64,000 nucleotides of DNA from an uncultured Actinomycetes bacterium (GTDB taxonomy: Bacteria > Actinomycetota > Thermoleophilia > Gaiellales > Gaiellaceae). Each line of letters begins with the position of its first letter. The stretch's first letter is position 1. The stretch is taken from assembly GCA_963847475.1 (NCBI GenBank), contig CAWJZZ010000009.1, forward strand, positions 88,038-152,037, read 5' to 3'. Below are positions 44,499-53,071 of this stretch, in pieces. The position numbers and the translations under genes are program-made. The notes below the pieces were generated by a model, which worked only from the letters and a program-made list of their open reading frames with translations, was not told the DNA's origin and did no database searches.

Positions 44499-45847
44499 GC
44501 GAGATCGTCGAGCGAATCTGGTCGCGCGATCCCACGCTCTGGACGGGGGCGGACGAGGCACAGTGGCTCGGTTGGCTCGACGAGCCGTGGCGGATGCAGG
44601 AGGACATCGACCTCCTGCTCCAGTTCGCGGACGCGCTCGTCGGTGAGATCGATACGGTCGTCCTGCTCGGGATGGGCGGCTCGTCGCTCGCGCCCGAAGT
44701 GTTCAAGCAGACGTTCGGCGCCGAGACGTTCCACGTCCTCGACACGACGCACCCGCGCGCGATCCGCGCCCTCGAAGCGCAACTCGATCTCGAGCGAACG
44801 CTGTTCGTCTCCGCATCGAAATCCGGCTCGACCCTGGAGACGCGCTCACACACCGACTACTTCTGGGAGCGAAGCCCGCGCGGGGACCGCTGGGTTGCGA
44901 TCACCGATCCAGGTTCCGCACTCGAAGAGCTCGCACGGAAGCGCGACTTCCGCGCTGTCTTTCCCGGTGAGCCGACGATCGGGGGCCGCTACTCGGCGCT
45001 GTCGCCGTTCGGCCTCGTGCCCGCCGCGCTGATGGGTGTCGACCTGACACGGCTGCTCGAGCGTGTGATCGAGATGGCCGACGCGTGCCGGCTGGCCGAC
45101 GGGAACCCTGGGCTGGAGCTCGGGCGGGCGCTCGGCGAAGGGTGGCGTGACGGCCGCGACAAGATCTGTGTCGCGCCGAACCCCGGCGACTTCGGCCTCT
45201 GGGTCGAGCAGCTGCTCGCCGAGTCGACCGGGAAGCTCGGCAAGGGCTTGATCCCGGCGCCTGGCGAGTCACCCGACGGCCCCGATCGACAGGCGCAGGA
45301 GGTGCGCGTCACCGGCCCGTACGAGCTCGGTCAGGAGTTCTTCCGCTGGGAGTTCGCGACCGCTGTCGCCGGCTCGATCCTCGGCATCAACCCGTTCGAC
45401 CAGCCGGACGTCCAGGCGGCGAAGGACAAGACGAAGCAGATCCTCTCCTCGGGGGAGGAACCGCGCGTCGAACCGGCGGGCTCGGCCGAGGAGCTCTTCG
45501 CCCTCGCAGAGCCAGGGAACTACGTGGCGATTCTGGCGTTCGTCGATCCCACTCCTGCTGCAGCCGCGCAACTGGCTGCGCTTGCGGAGCAAGCGCGTCA
45601 GGCGACGGGCTGCGTCGTCACGCACGGCTTCGGGCCCCGCTACCTGCACTCGACGGGCCAGTTGCACAAGGGCGGTCCTGCGACGGGCCTGTTCCTGCAG
45701 GTCGTTGACGATCCCGGCGACGAGCTTGCGATCCCCGAGCAGCCGTTCGGCTTCGCGAAGCTGATCCGCGCGCAGGCTGCGGGTGACTTCGCATCGCTGC
45801 AGGAGCGCGGCCGCCGGGTCGCGCGTATCCGAATGGAGGATCTCTAG
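44495..45847 (+). CDS. pgi: Glucose-6-phosphate isomerase (short actinobacterial type)
   Basis: GTG 44495 (GTGA overlap with tal); LGMGGSSLAPEV, SASKSGSTLET, GGRYSALS, FDQPDVQAAK. N-terminal 350 aa of the 802-aa track ORF are out-of-frame tal noise. Confidence 0.85.
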   Translation: MSEIVERIWSRDPTLWTGADEAQWLGWLDEPWRMQEDIDLLLQFADALVGEIDTVVLLGMGGSSLAPEVFKQTFGAETFHVLDTTHPRAIRALEAQLDLERTLFVSASKSGSTLETRSHTDYFWERSPRGDRWVAITDPGSALEELARKRDFRAVFPGEPTIGGRYSALSPFGLVPAALMGVDLTRLLERVIEMADACRLADGNPGLELGRALGEGWRDGRDKICVAPNPGDFGLWVEQLLAESTGKLGKGLIPAPGESPDGPDRQAQEVRVTGPYELGQEFFRWEFATAVAGSILGINPFDQPDVQAAKDKTKQILSSGEEPRVEPAGSAEELFALAEPGNYVAILAFVDPTPAAAAQLAALAEQARQATGCVVTHGFGPRYLHSTGQLHKGGPATGLFLQVVDDPGDELAIPEQPFGFAKLIRAQAAGDFASLQERGRRVARIRMEDL

Positions 45848-45849
45848 AG

Positions 45850-46728
45850 ATGCAGCTCGGGATGATCGGCCTCGGCCGCATGGGCGGCAACATGACGAAG
45901 CGGCTCGCCGAGCGCGGCCACGACGTGAAGACCTACGACCCGCAGGTCGAGTCGACTGCGAAGACGCTTGAGGAGCTCGCCGGCCAACTCGACGGGCCGC
46001 GCTCGTTCTGGATGATGGTCCCGGCCGGCAAGATCACCGAGGACACTTTCCAGACGCTGCTGGTCGCCGGCGCTCCCGGGGACGTGATCGTGGACGGCGG
46101 CAACTCGAACTTCCACGACTCCCAGCGCCGCTACGCGGAGGCGAAGGCGAAGGGACTCAGGTTCGTCGACGCCGGCGTCTCCGGCGGCGTCTGGGGCCTC
46201 GCGAACGGCTACTGCCTGATGGTCGGCGGCGATGACGACGCCGTCGCACAGGTCGAGCCGGTCTTCCGAGACCTCGCGCCCACCGATGGCTACGCCCACG
46301 TCGGTCCTTCGGGCGCCGGCCATTTCACCAAGATGGTCCACAACGGGATCGAGTACGGCCTGATGCAGGCGTACGCCGAAGGATTCGACGTGATGCGCGG
46401 CTCGGAGTTCGACCTCGACCTGCATGAGATCGCCGGCATCTGGCGCTACGGGTCGGTCGTTCGTTCGTGGCTGCTCGAGCTGCTGTACGCGGCGTTCGAG
46501 CAGGAAGGCGGGCACCTCGAGGCGATCCGCGGCTACGTCGAGGACTCGGGCGAAGGCCGCTGGACGATCGCCGAGGCGATCGCCGAGGACGTGCCCGTGC
46601 CGGTGATCACCGCGGCACTCTTCGCACGGTTCGCGTCGCGGGAGGACGAGTCGTTCGCTGCGAAGGTCAATGCGGCGCTGCGCAACCAGTTCGGCGGGCA
46701 TGCTGTCCAGCCCGAGCAGGTCTCGTGA
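45850..46728 (+). CDS. gnd: 6-phosphogluconate dehydrogenase, short decarboxylating form
   Basis: 292 aa; MQLGMIGLGRMGGNM, GGNSNF, GVSGGVWG, HFTKMVHNGIEYG. Confidence 0.85.
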   Translation: MQLGMIGLGRMGGNMTKRLAERGHDVKTYDPQVESTAKTLEELAGQLDGPRSFWMMVPAGKITEDTFQTLLVAGAPGDVIVDGGNSNFHDSQRRYAEAKAKGLRFVDAGVSGGVWGLANGYCLMVGGDDDAVAQVEPVFRDLAPTDGYAHVGPSGAGHFTKMVHNGIEYGLMQAYAEGFDVMRGSEFDLDLHEIAGIWRYGSVVRSWLLELLYAAFEQEGGHLEAIRGYVEDSGEGRWTIAEAIAEDVPVPVITAALFARFASREDESFAAKVNAALRNQFGGHAVQPEQVS

Positions 46729-48236
46729 CCGAGACGGCCGAACACAACCCGCTGGTCGAAGGGCTGCGCGTCCGTCGGCGCCCGGACCCGTGCATCCTGG
46801 TCATCTTCGGCGCGTCCGGTGATCTCACGTCGAAGAAGTTGATGCCGGCGCTCTACGCGCTCGCCGTACGGCGGTTGCTGCCGGATCGGTTCGCGATCGT
46901 CGGCGCCGCGCGTACCGACGAGAGCGACGACGACTTCAAGGCTCGGATGAAGCAGGCGGTGCAGGAGCACGCGCGCGATCCCTACGACGAAGAGGCGTGG
47001 CAGCGGCTCGCCGTCGGCATGAAGTACGTGACGCTCGACTTCGCCGACGAGAAGGCCGAGGACGCGCTCCGCGACACGCTCACCTCCCTGGACTCGGAGC
47101 ATGGGACGCAGGGCAACCGCGTCTACTACTTCGCCGTCCCTCCGAGCGCGATCGGCACGCTCGTCGCAGAGATCGCCGAGCGGCGGGCGACCGAGGGCTG
47201 GATCAGGCTGATCATCGAGAAGCCGTTCGGACACGACGTCGCGTCGGCCCGCGCCCTAAACGCGCAGATCCAGGAGCACTACTCCGAGGCCGAGGTCTTC
47301 CGGATCGACCACTACCTCGGCAAGGAGACCGTGCAGAACATGCTGGCGCTCCGGTTCGCGAACGGCATCTTCGAGCCGATCTGGAACCGCCAGTTCATCG
47401 ACCATGTCCAGATCACGGTCGCGGAGTCGATCGGGATCGAGGGCCGCGCAGGCTACTACGAGCAGGCCGGCGCGATTCGCGACATCTTCCAGAACCACCT
47501 ATTGCAGCTCGTCGCGATCACGGCGATGGAGCCGCCGATCGACTTCTACGCCGACTCGGTGCGCAACGAGAAGGTCAAGGTGCTGAAGTCGATCCACACT
47601 CCCGGCCCGAAGCACGTCGTGCGCGGCCAGTACGGCCCCGGGTTCGTCGAGGGTCTCGAGGTTCAGGGCTATCGCGACGAAGAGGGTGTCGCTCCCGGCT
47701 CGACCACCGAGACGTTCGTCGCAGCGAAGCTGTTCGTCGACAACTGGCGGTGGGCGGACACGCCGTTCTACGTGCGGATGGGCAAGCGGCTCGCGCGTCG
47801 CGAGACGACGATTGCGATCCAGTTCAAGCGTGCTCCGCATCCTCCGTTCGAAGAAGGCGCGGCCGAGGGACTGCGCCCGAACGTGCTGCTCATCCACGTG
47901 CAGCCGAACGAGGGCATCTCGCTGGCGATCGGCGCGAAGGTGCCGGGCCAGGGCATGACGATCCGGACAGTGCACATGGACTTCCTTTACGGGGGCGCGT
48001 TCCGCGAGGGCCTGCCCGATGCATACGAGCGGCTGATCCTCGACGCGATGCTCGGCGACGCGACGCTGTTCACCCGTTCCGACGAGATTGAGGAGCAGTG
48101 GGCGCTCGTCGACGCGATCATCGGCTTTTGGCAGCGGGATCGCCCGGCGTTCCCGAACTACGCGGCCGGCACCTGGGGGCCGGTCGGTTCAGACGAGCTC
48201 CTCCACCGCGACGGGCGATCGTGGCGCAGGCACTGA
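46725..48236 (+). CDS. zwf: Glucose-6-phosphate 1-dehydrogenase
   Basis: GTG 46725 (GTGA overlap with gnd); VIFGASGDLTSKKL, EKPFGHD, RIDHYLGKE. Confidence 0.9.
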   Translation: MTETAEHNPLVEGLRVRRRPDPCILVIFGASGDLTSKKLMPALYALAVRRLLPDRFAIVGAARTDESDDDFKARMKQAVQEHARDPYDEEAWQRLAVGMKYVTLDFADEKAEDALRDTLTSLDSEHGTQGNRVYYFAVPPSAIGTLVAEIAERRATEGWIRLIIEKPFGHDVASARALNAQIQEHYSEAEVFRIDHYLGKETVQNMLALRFANGIFEPIWNRQFIDHVQITVAESIGIEGRAGYYEQAGAIRDIFQNHLLQLVAITAMEPPIDFYADSVRNEKVKVLKSIHTPGPKHVVRGQYGPGFVEGLEVQGYRDEEGVAPGSTTETFVAAKLFVDNWRWADTPFYVRMGKRLARRETTIAIQFKRAPHPPFEEGAAEGLRPNVLLIHVQPNEGISLAIGAKVPGQGMTIRTVHMDFLYGGAFREGLPDAYERLILDAMLGDATLFTRSDEIEEQWALVDAIIGFWQRDRPAFPNYAAGTWGPVGSDELLHRDGRSWRRH

Positions 48237-49105
48237 TCGAGGACAGCTGGACGGGCGAGGACGTCTCGATCGCCGAGATCGAGCGGGAGCTTGCGCGTCT
48301 GCGCGACGCGACGTCGCCCGAAGGGTCGCAGCCCAACCTGCGGACGTCGGTGATGACGCACATCGCGTGGGTGCCGCCCCGCTGGCAAGTGGCCGCCGAG
48401 CAGACGCTGATGGGGATGGCCGAGAGGCATCCGTCGCGCACGCTCCTGCTCGTCCCTCGGCCCGACGACGCCGACGGAATCGACGCCGAGCTTTCGATCA
48501 GGTGTTACCCCGTGGGCGATCGCGCCGTCTGCGGCGAGGTGATCGAGCTCGTGCTGCGCGGCGCACGCGCAGCCGCGCCGGCTTCGATCGCGCTCCCGCT
48601 CCTGATCTCGGACCTGCCGGTGTTCTGCCGTTGGCGTGGTGAGCCGCCGTTCGGGTCGACCGAGCTCGAGCAGCTGGTCGGGATCATCGACCGCTTGGTG
48701 GTCGACTCGACCGAGTGGGACCACCTGCCCGGTGCGTACACGCAGCTGGCAGCCCTCTTCGAGCACTGCGCCGTGTCGGACATCGCCTGGGCGCGGACGG
48801 ACCGCTGGCGCACCTTGCTCGCGTCGTTGTGGCCTGCGATCGCCGACGTGCGGCAGCTGCGTGTCCACGGCACGCGCGCGCAGGGCTATCTGCTGGCGGG
48901 TTGGCTCCGCTCCCGCCTCCAGCACGACGTCGAGCTCGTGGTCGACGAGCGCGAACGGCTCGAGGGCATCGACCTCGACGGAAAGCCGGCGGAGTTCCCG
49001 CCCGGAGCGCCGCCGAACCCCAGCGACGTGCTCTCCGACGAGCTCGACAACTTCACGCGCAACCGCGTCTACGAGCAGGCGGCGCTGGCCGCAGCCGGCA
49101 TCTGA
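48221..49105 (+). CDS. opcA: OpcA, G6PDH assembly/allosteric partner
   Basis: GTG 48221 (16-nt overlap with zwf end); position directly after zwf and OpcA-like sequence (NLRTSVMTHIAWVP...LLISDLPVFCRWRG...). Confidence 0.8.
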   Translation: MAQALIEDSWTGEDVSIAEIERELARLRDATSPEGSQPNLRTSVMTHIAWVPPRWQVAAEQTLMGMAERHPSRTLLLVPRPDDADGIDAELSIRCYPVGDRAVCGEVIELVLRGARAAAPASIALPLLISDLPVFCRWRGEPPFGSTELEQLVGIIDRLVVDSTEWDHLPGAYTQLAALFEHCAVSDIAWARTDRWRTLLASLWPAIADVRQLRVHGTRAQGYLLAGWLRSRLQHDVELVVDERERLEGIDLDGKPAEFPPGAPPNPSDVLSDELDNFTRNRVYEQAALAAAGI

Positions 49106-49141
49106 GCGCGGCTTCGCAACGCGACTCGCTGAGTCTGACTC

Positions 49142-49163
49142 GTGTCAGACACGTGTCTGACAC
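49142..49163. repeat. Perfect 22-bp palindrome GTGTCAGACAC|GTGTCTGACAC (left REP-like hairpin)
   Basis: Read directly; preceded by GAGTCTGACTC (49131-49141), a half-site of the right-hand palindrome. Confidence 0.9.
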
Positions 49164-49249
49164 ACGGAAGACGTACGAGTGCGTGAAGGAAGTGCAACTT
49201 CGTGCGCCACGCACTCGACGCCAATCGCGTCGGCGGGCATCCTCGACGA

Positions 49250-49825
49250 ATGGCTCCTCCGCGCATTCAACAGGTCGGCTCGATCTATCACGTCAATGGC
49301 AAGGCGGTCGATGGCGCGAAACTCTTCCGCGATGACTCGGATCGCTGGTCGTTTCTGTCGTTGCTCGCGGATCAGGCTCTACGGAGCGATTGGTGCGTCC
49401 TGGGCTACTCGCTGATGACCACGCACTACCACCTCATCCTCAAGCTGCGAAAGCTGACGCTGAGCACAGGGTTCCAGCGGCTGAACAGCATCTATGCACG
49501 GTCTTACAATCGCCGCCATGGCCGGCGCGGCGCTCTCTGGCAGCGGCGATTCTTCGACTCGATCGTCGAGACGGACGACCACCTCTTCGAGACGATTCGC
49601 TACGTGGCGCTCAACGCTCCGAGGGCGAACATGTGCGAGGCGCCCGAACAGTGGCCCTGGGCGAACTACGGCGCCGCAATCGGACTTACGCCGCCGGATG
49701 CACTCGTCGACGAGGGCGAGTTGCTGCGTCTGTTCGGTACACGTCCGGAACAGGCGCGCCGCGTGCTCCAGGCGGTCGTCGAAGAAACCGATCCGCGCTA
49801 CCGCTCTCGTCAGACACGAGTCTGA
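49250..49825 (+). CDS. REP-associated tyrosine transposase / IS200-like Y1 transposase
   Basis: ATG 49250; HUH motif in MTTHYHLILK, catalytic-Tyr region ETIRYVALNAPRANM, plus YHVNG, RRGALWQRRFF. Confidence 0.8.
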   Translation: MAPPRIQQVGSIYHVNGKAVDGAKLFRDDSDRWSFLSLLADQALRSDWCVLGYSLMTTHYHLILKLRKLTLSTGFQRLNSIYARSYNRRHGRRGALWQRRFFDSIVETDDHLFETIRYVALNAPRANMCEAPEQWPWANYGAAIGLTPPDALVDEGELLRLFGTRPEQARRVLQAVVEETDPRYRSRQTRV

Positions 49826-49839
49826 CTCGAGTCAGACTC
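49818..49839. repeat. Perfect 22-bp palindrome GAGTCTGACTC|GAGTCAGACTC (right REP-like hairpin)
   Basis: Read directly; preceded by GTCAGACAC (49809-49817), a half-site of the left palindrome; overlaps transposase stop and the stop of the convergent phosphatase gene. Confidence 0.9.
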
Positions 49840-50589
49840 AGCGGTCCGCGGTCCCGAGCAGCGCGACGACCTCGTCGTGGAGCAGGCCGTTGGTCGAGAC
49901 GAAGGTCCCGCCCGGCGTCGCTTCGCTGCCGTCGAAGGTCGAGCAGCGCCCGCCGGCCTCCTCGACGATGATCCGCACCGGGGCGTAGTCCCACACCTGC
50001 AGGTAGGGGCCGTCGGTCGCGACGTCGAGTGCGCCCTCGGCAACCAGGCAGTGCTGCCAGAAGTCGCCCAGGCCGCGGTTCGACCACGCGCGCTGCACGA
50101 GCGTTCGCCAGCCGTCCGGCATGCGTCGCGCCGAGGTCGTCGAGACTGCGGCGTCCTCGATCCGCGACACCGCGGAGACGCGACACTGCTCGCCGTCGAC
50201 GAACGCTCCGCCGCCGCGCACCGCCCACCAGCGGCGGCCGAGTGCAGGCGCCGACGCAAGGCCGAGCACGACCACCCCTCACGCTCGAGTGCCAGCAGCG
50301 TCGCCCAGACCGGCACGCCGCGCACGTAGCTCGTCGTGCCGTCGATCGGATCGACGATCCACTTCGCATCGCCGCCGTCGTCCCCGAACTCCTCGCCCAG
50401 AACTCCCTCGCCGCGCTGCGACGCCGCGACGTGTTCGCGGATCGCCTGCTCTGCCCCGCGGTCTGCCTCCGAGACGGGCGTCAGGTCGGGTTTCGTCTCG
50501 ACCCGCAGGTCGCGCGCGCCGAAACGACCGAGCGTGATCGCGTCCGCGAGGTCCGCGAGCTCGTGGGCGAAACGAAGGTCGCCGTTCAC
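49838..50589 (-). pseudogene. Inositol-monophosphatase-family protein (HisN/SuhB-like); one frame break as given
   Basis: ATG 50589: ...TPVSEADRGAEQAI...EEFG...WIVDPIDGTTSYVRGVPVWATLLALEREG then ORF 49838..50275 frame: VVVLGLASAPALGRRWWA...GDFWQHCLVAEGALD...WDYAPVRIIVEEAGG. Break in a G-run (plus-strand CCCC 50275-50278), best explained by one missing G. Confidence 0.75.
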
Positions 50590-51680
50590 AACGCCGCTTC
50601 GAGCGCAAGCCCGGCAGCCAGGACGAGACCGTCGGCCCCGTGCCTGCCGACGAGCTGCACGGACGCAGGCAGGCCATCCTCTGCCGCGCCCGCCGGCAGC
50701 GCGAGCGCCGGCCAGCCGAGCGCATTGAAGGGAAAGGTGAAGCGCGTGAACTCGCCCCGCACCTCCGGCTCGACCACGTCGGCCGTCGGCGCGACGAACG
50801 CCAGTGTCGGCGCGAGCAAGAGATCGAAGCCGTCGAGCACCTCGTCCGCGCGTCGCGCGAGCGCCACACGCTCGCCGGTCGCGGCCTCGACCGCCGGGTC
50901 TTCGAGCGCAAGGCAGCGCTCGATCTTGCCCCTGATGTTCTCGCCGTAGAGGTCACCGTGCTCGGCGTAGAGCTCCCGGTGGACGTCGGCGACCTCTCGC
51001 ATGAAGACGGGGACGACGGTCTCGGCGACCGGGAACTCGACCACGGTGATCTCTCCGAAGATGGCGGCCGCCTCCAGCACTCGCGCGCGGACGAGCGGCT
51101 CGCACCGGTCGGCCCACGTGACGCCGACGCGCAGATTGGAGAGCGCCGGCAGCGTCGTGGACGGCGCAAGCGCGCGCATCAGCTCCACGCAGCCGGCGAC
51201 GTCGCGTGCCAGCGGGCCCGCGTGGTCGAAGCTCGGCGCGAGCGGGAAGACCCCGTCGACGGAGACGAGGCCGAAGCTCGGCTTGAAGCCGGTCACGCCG
51301 CAGCAGGCAGCCGGAATCCGGATCGAGCCGCCGGTGTCGGTGCCGAGCGCGCCTTCGGCGAGCCCGCCGGCGATTGCAGCAGCGGAGCCGCCGCTCGAGC
51401 CGCCGGCCGTCCGGCCCGGAAACGCGGGGTTCGGCACGACGCCGTAGTGCAGGTTCTGCGAGGTGACGCCGTACGCGAACTCGTGCAGGTTCGCCTTCCC
51501 CGCCGAGCTCCAGCCTGCCGCTTCGAGCAGCTGCACCGCTTGCGCGGTCGCCACGGGCACGTAGTCCGAGAAGACGGCCGAGCCGTACGTCGTCCGCACG
51601 CCTGCGGTGTCGAACAGATCCTTGACGGCCAGTCGCCGGCCCGCCGCGGCGTCGAGTTCGGTAATCCAGATTCCGTCCAC
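50586..51680 (-). CDS. Amidase-signature family amidase (short form)
   Basis: 364 aa; AVKDLFDTAG, KANLHEFA, GGSSGGSAAA, GTDTGGSIRIPAA. Confidence 0.85.
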   Translation of the reverse strand: MDGIWITELDAAAGRRLAVKDLFDTAGVRTTYGSAVFSDYVPVATAQAVQLLEAAGWSSAGKANLHEFAYGVTSQNLHYGVVPNPAFPGRTAGGSSGGSAAAIAGGLAEGALGTDTGGSIRIPAACCGVTGFKPSFGLVSVDGVFPLAPSFDHAGPLARDVAGCVELMRALAPSTTLPALSNLRVGVTWADRCEPLVRARVLEAAAIFGEITVVEFPVAETVVPVFMREVADVHRELYAEHGDLYGENIRGKIERCLALEDPAVEAATGERVALARRADEVLDGFDLLLAPTLAFVAPTADVVEPEVRGEFTRFTFPFNALGWPALALPAGAAEDGLPASVQLVGRHGADGLVLAAGLALEAAL

Positions 51681-51748
51681 GAGCGAAGGAGTCTACGAGC
51701 GGCTCGGCGTCCGCTGGGGGCCGGCGCCGAGCCGCGGCGCCCTCGCGG

Positions 51749-51901
51749 TCAATCGAGCCAGAGGTAGGCCGCCGCGACCAGCACGGTGCCGCCGAAGAGC
51801 GCGCAGAAGAGCGCGAACAGCGCCCAGGCCCAAACCATGTTCTTGCGCGCCAGCTCGCGTGCCGCGGCCGCCTCGTCGACCAGGAGCTCGGGTTCGCTCA
51901 T
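51749..51901 (-). CDS. 50-aa single-TM micro-protein directly after ctaB (unannotated in ORF track)
   Basis: ATG 51901 immediately follows ctaB TAG (TAGATG); MSEPELLVDEAAAARELARKNMVWAWALFALFCALFGGTVLVAAAYLWLD*; high GC3. Confidence 0.45.
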   Translation of the reverse strand: MSEPELLVDEAAAARELARKNMVWAWALFALFCALFGGTVLVAAAYLWLD

Positions 51902-53071
51902 CTAGACGGTCACGTCCAGCGCCATGGCGACGAAGAGGAGTGCGAGGTACAGGAGGGAGTAGTGGAAGAGGCGGACCGCAGCGGTGCGCTCCATCGTCCG
52001 CCGCAGCTCGAGTGCGTACCAGGTGAACACGGCGCCAAGGACGAGCGCGGCGACGCCGTAGACGAGACCGAAGACTCCGAGCCCGACGGGCGCCAGCGTC
52101 GCGACCACCAGGAGTGCCGTGTAGAGCAAGATCTGCCGAGCCGTCTCCCGCTCGCCGCGCGTCACCGGCAGCATCGGCACTCCCGCCCTCGCGTAGTGCT
52201 CCTTGATCATCAGCGCGAGTGCCCAGAAGTGCGGCGGCGTCCATAGGAAGACGATCACGAACATCACGAACGCCGCCCAGCCGAGATGACCCGTCGCGCT
52301 CGCGTAGCCGACGAGTGGTGGCACGGCACCGGCCGCTCCGCCGATCACGATGTTCTGCGCCGTCGAGCGCTTCAGCCAGCGCGTGTAGACGAGCACGTAG
52401 AAGAGGTTCCCGGACAGCGCGAGCAGCGCGGTCGGCAGGTTGACGAGTGACTCGAGGAGCACGAACGAGGCTGCTGAGAGCGCCAGCCCGAATTCGAGCG
52501 CACGGTCTGGCGGCACGCGACCCGACGCGACCGGACGACCCGCGGTGCGCTCGCCCATCACCTGGTCGATGTCACGGTCGAGGTAGTGATTGAGCGCCGA
52601 CGCGCCGCCACAGGCGAGCGCCAGCCCGACCATCGTCGCAGCGAAGACGTCCCACGAGGGCACGCCGCCTGCACCCACGAACACACCGGCCGCACCGGTG
52701 AGCAGGAGCAGCGACATGATGCGCGGCTTCGTCAACGTGACGTAGTCGCGGAGTGGACCCTGGACGACGGGGCCGCGGAAGGTGAAGGAGGCAGCGAGCA
52801 CCGTCGCCGCGAACGCGAGCGTCGCGAATGTCAGGTGCAGCGTCGGGCCGGTCAGCAATGCCGCGAGCCCGAAGAGGACGAGGGCCGTCAGTGTGCTCGG
52901 CAGCAGCCGACGGGCGCTGACCCAGGCCGTCGCCGCGAGCGCGGCGAGCGGCGGCAGCGCGACGGCTGCGAGCACCCGGTGCGCAGTGTCCCAGCCGGCG
53001 GCGCCGGAGACGACCGCCAGGCCGGTACCGGCAACCGCCGCCACCGCAGTCAGCCGGGCCCAGGTACCCAT
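51902..53071 (-). CDS. ctaB: Protoheme IX farnesyltransferase (heme O synthase) with ~100-aa N-terminal 3-TM extension
   Basis: 389 aa; UbiA-family motifs ALNHYLDRDID, VLVYTRWLKRST, WTPPHFWALA. Confidence 0.85.
   Translation of the reverse strand: MGTWARLTAVAAVAGTGLAVVSGAAGWDTAHRVLAAVALPPLAALAATAWVSARRLLPSTLTALVLFGLAALLTGPTLHLTFATLAFAATVLAASFTFRGPVVQGPLRDYVTLTKPRIMSLLLLTGAAGVFVGAGGVPSWDVFAATMVGLALACGGASALNHYLDRDIDQVMGERTAGRPVASGRVPPDRALEFGLALSAASFVLLESLVNLPTALLALSGNLFYVLVYTRWLKRSTAQNIVIGGAAGAVPPLVGYASATGHLGWAAFVMFVIVFLWTPPHFWALALMIKEHYARAGVPMLPVTRGERETARQILLYTALLVVATLAPVGLGVFGLVYGVAALVLGAVFTWYALELRRTMERTAAVRLFHYSLLYLALLFVAMALDVTV

Larger units (their letters stand above)
49127..49843 (+). 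mobile_element. RAYT-type (IS200/Y1-transposase-like) element bounded by ~36-bp imperfect inverted repeats
   Basis: Left CGCTGAGTCTGACTCGTGTCAGACACGTGTCTGACA versus reverse complement of right CGCTGAGTCTGACTCGAGTCAGACTCGTGTCTGACG: 33/36 identical. Encloses the Y1 transposase gene; no tnpB. Confidence 0.7.

Noticed and set aside
43439-45847. 802-aa ORF suggesting a tal-pgi fusion
   Set aside because: Its first about 350 aa are Arg-rich out-of-frame translation of tal. tal ends with its own stop at 44498, and pgi starts at the overlapping GTG 44495.
49127-49843. Complete IS200/IS605 element with TnpB/RNA-guided nuclease
   Set aside because: Only the Y1 transposase ORF fits between the inverted repeats (717 bp). 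No tnpB-like ORF is inside or adjacent.
15324-50589. Programmed ribosomal frameshifting as explanation for the frame breaks
   Set aside because: The events are too many. They occur in unrelated genes, up to six in one gene, with no shared slippery heptamer or downstream structure at the junctions I read.
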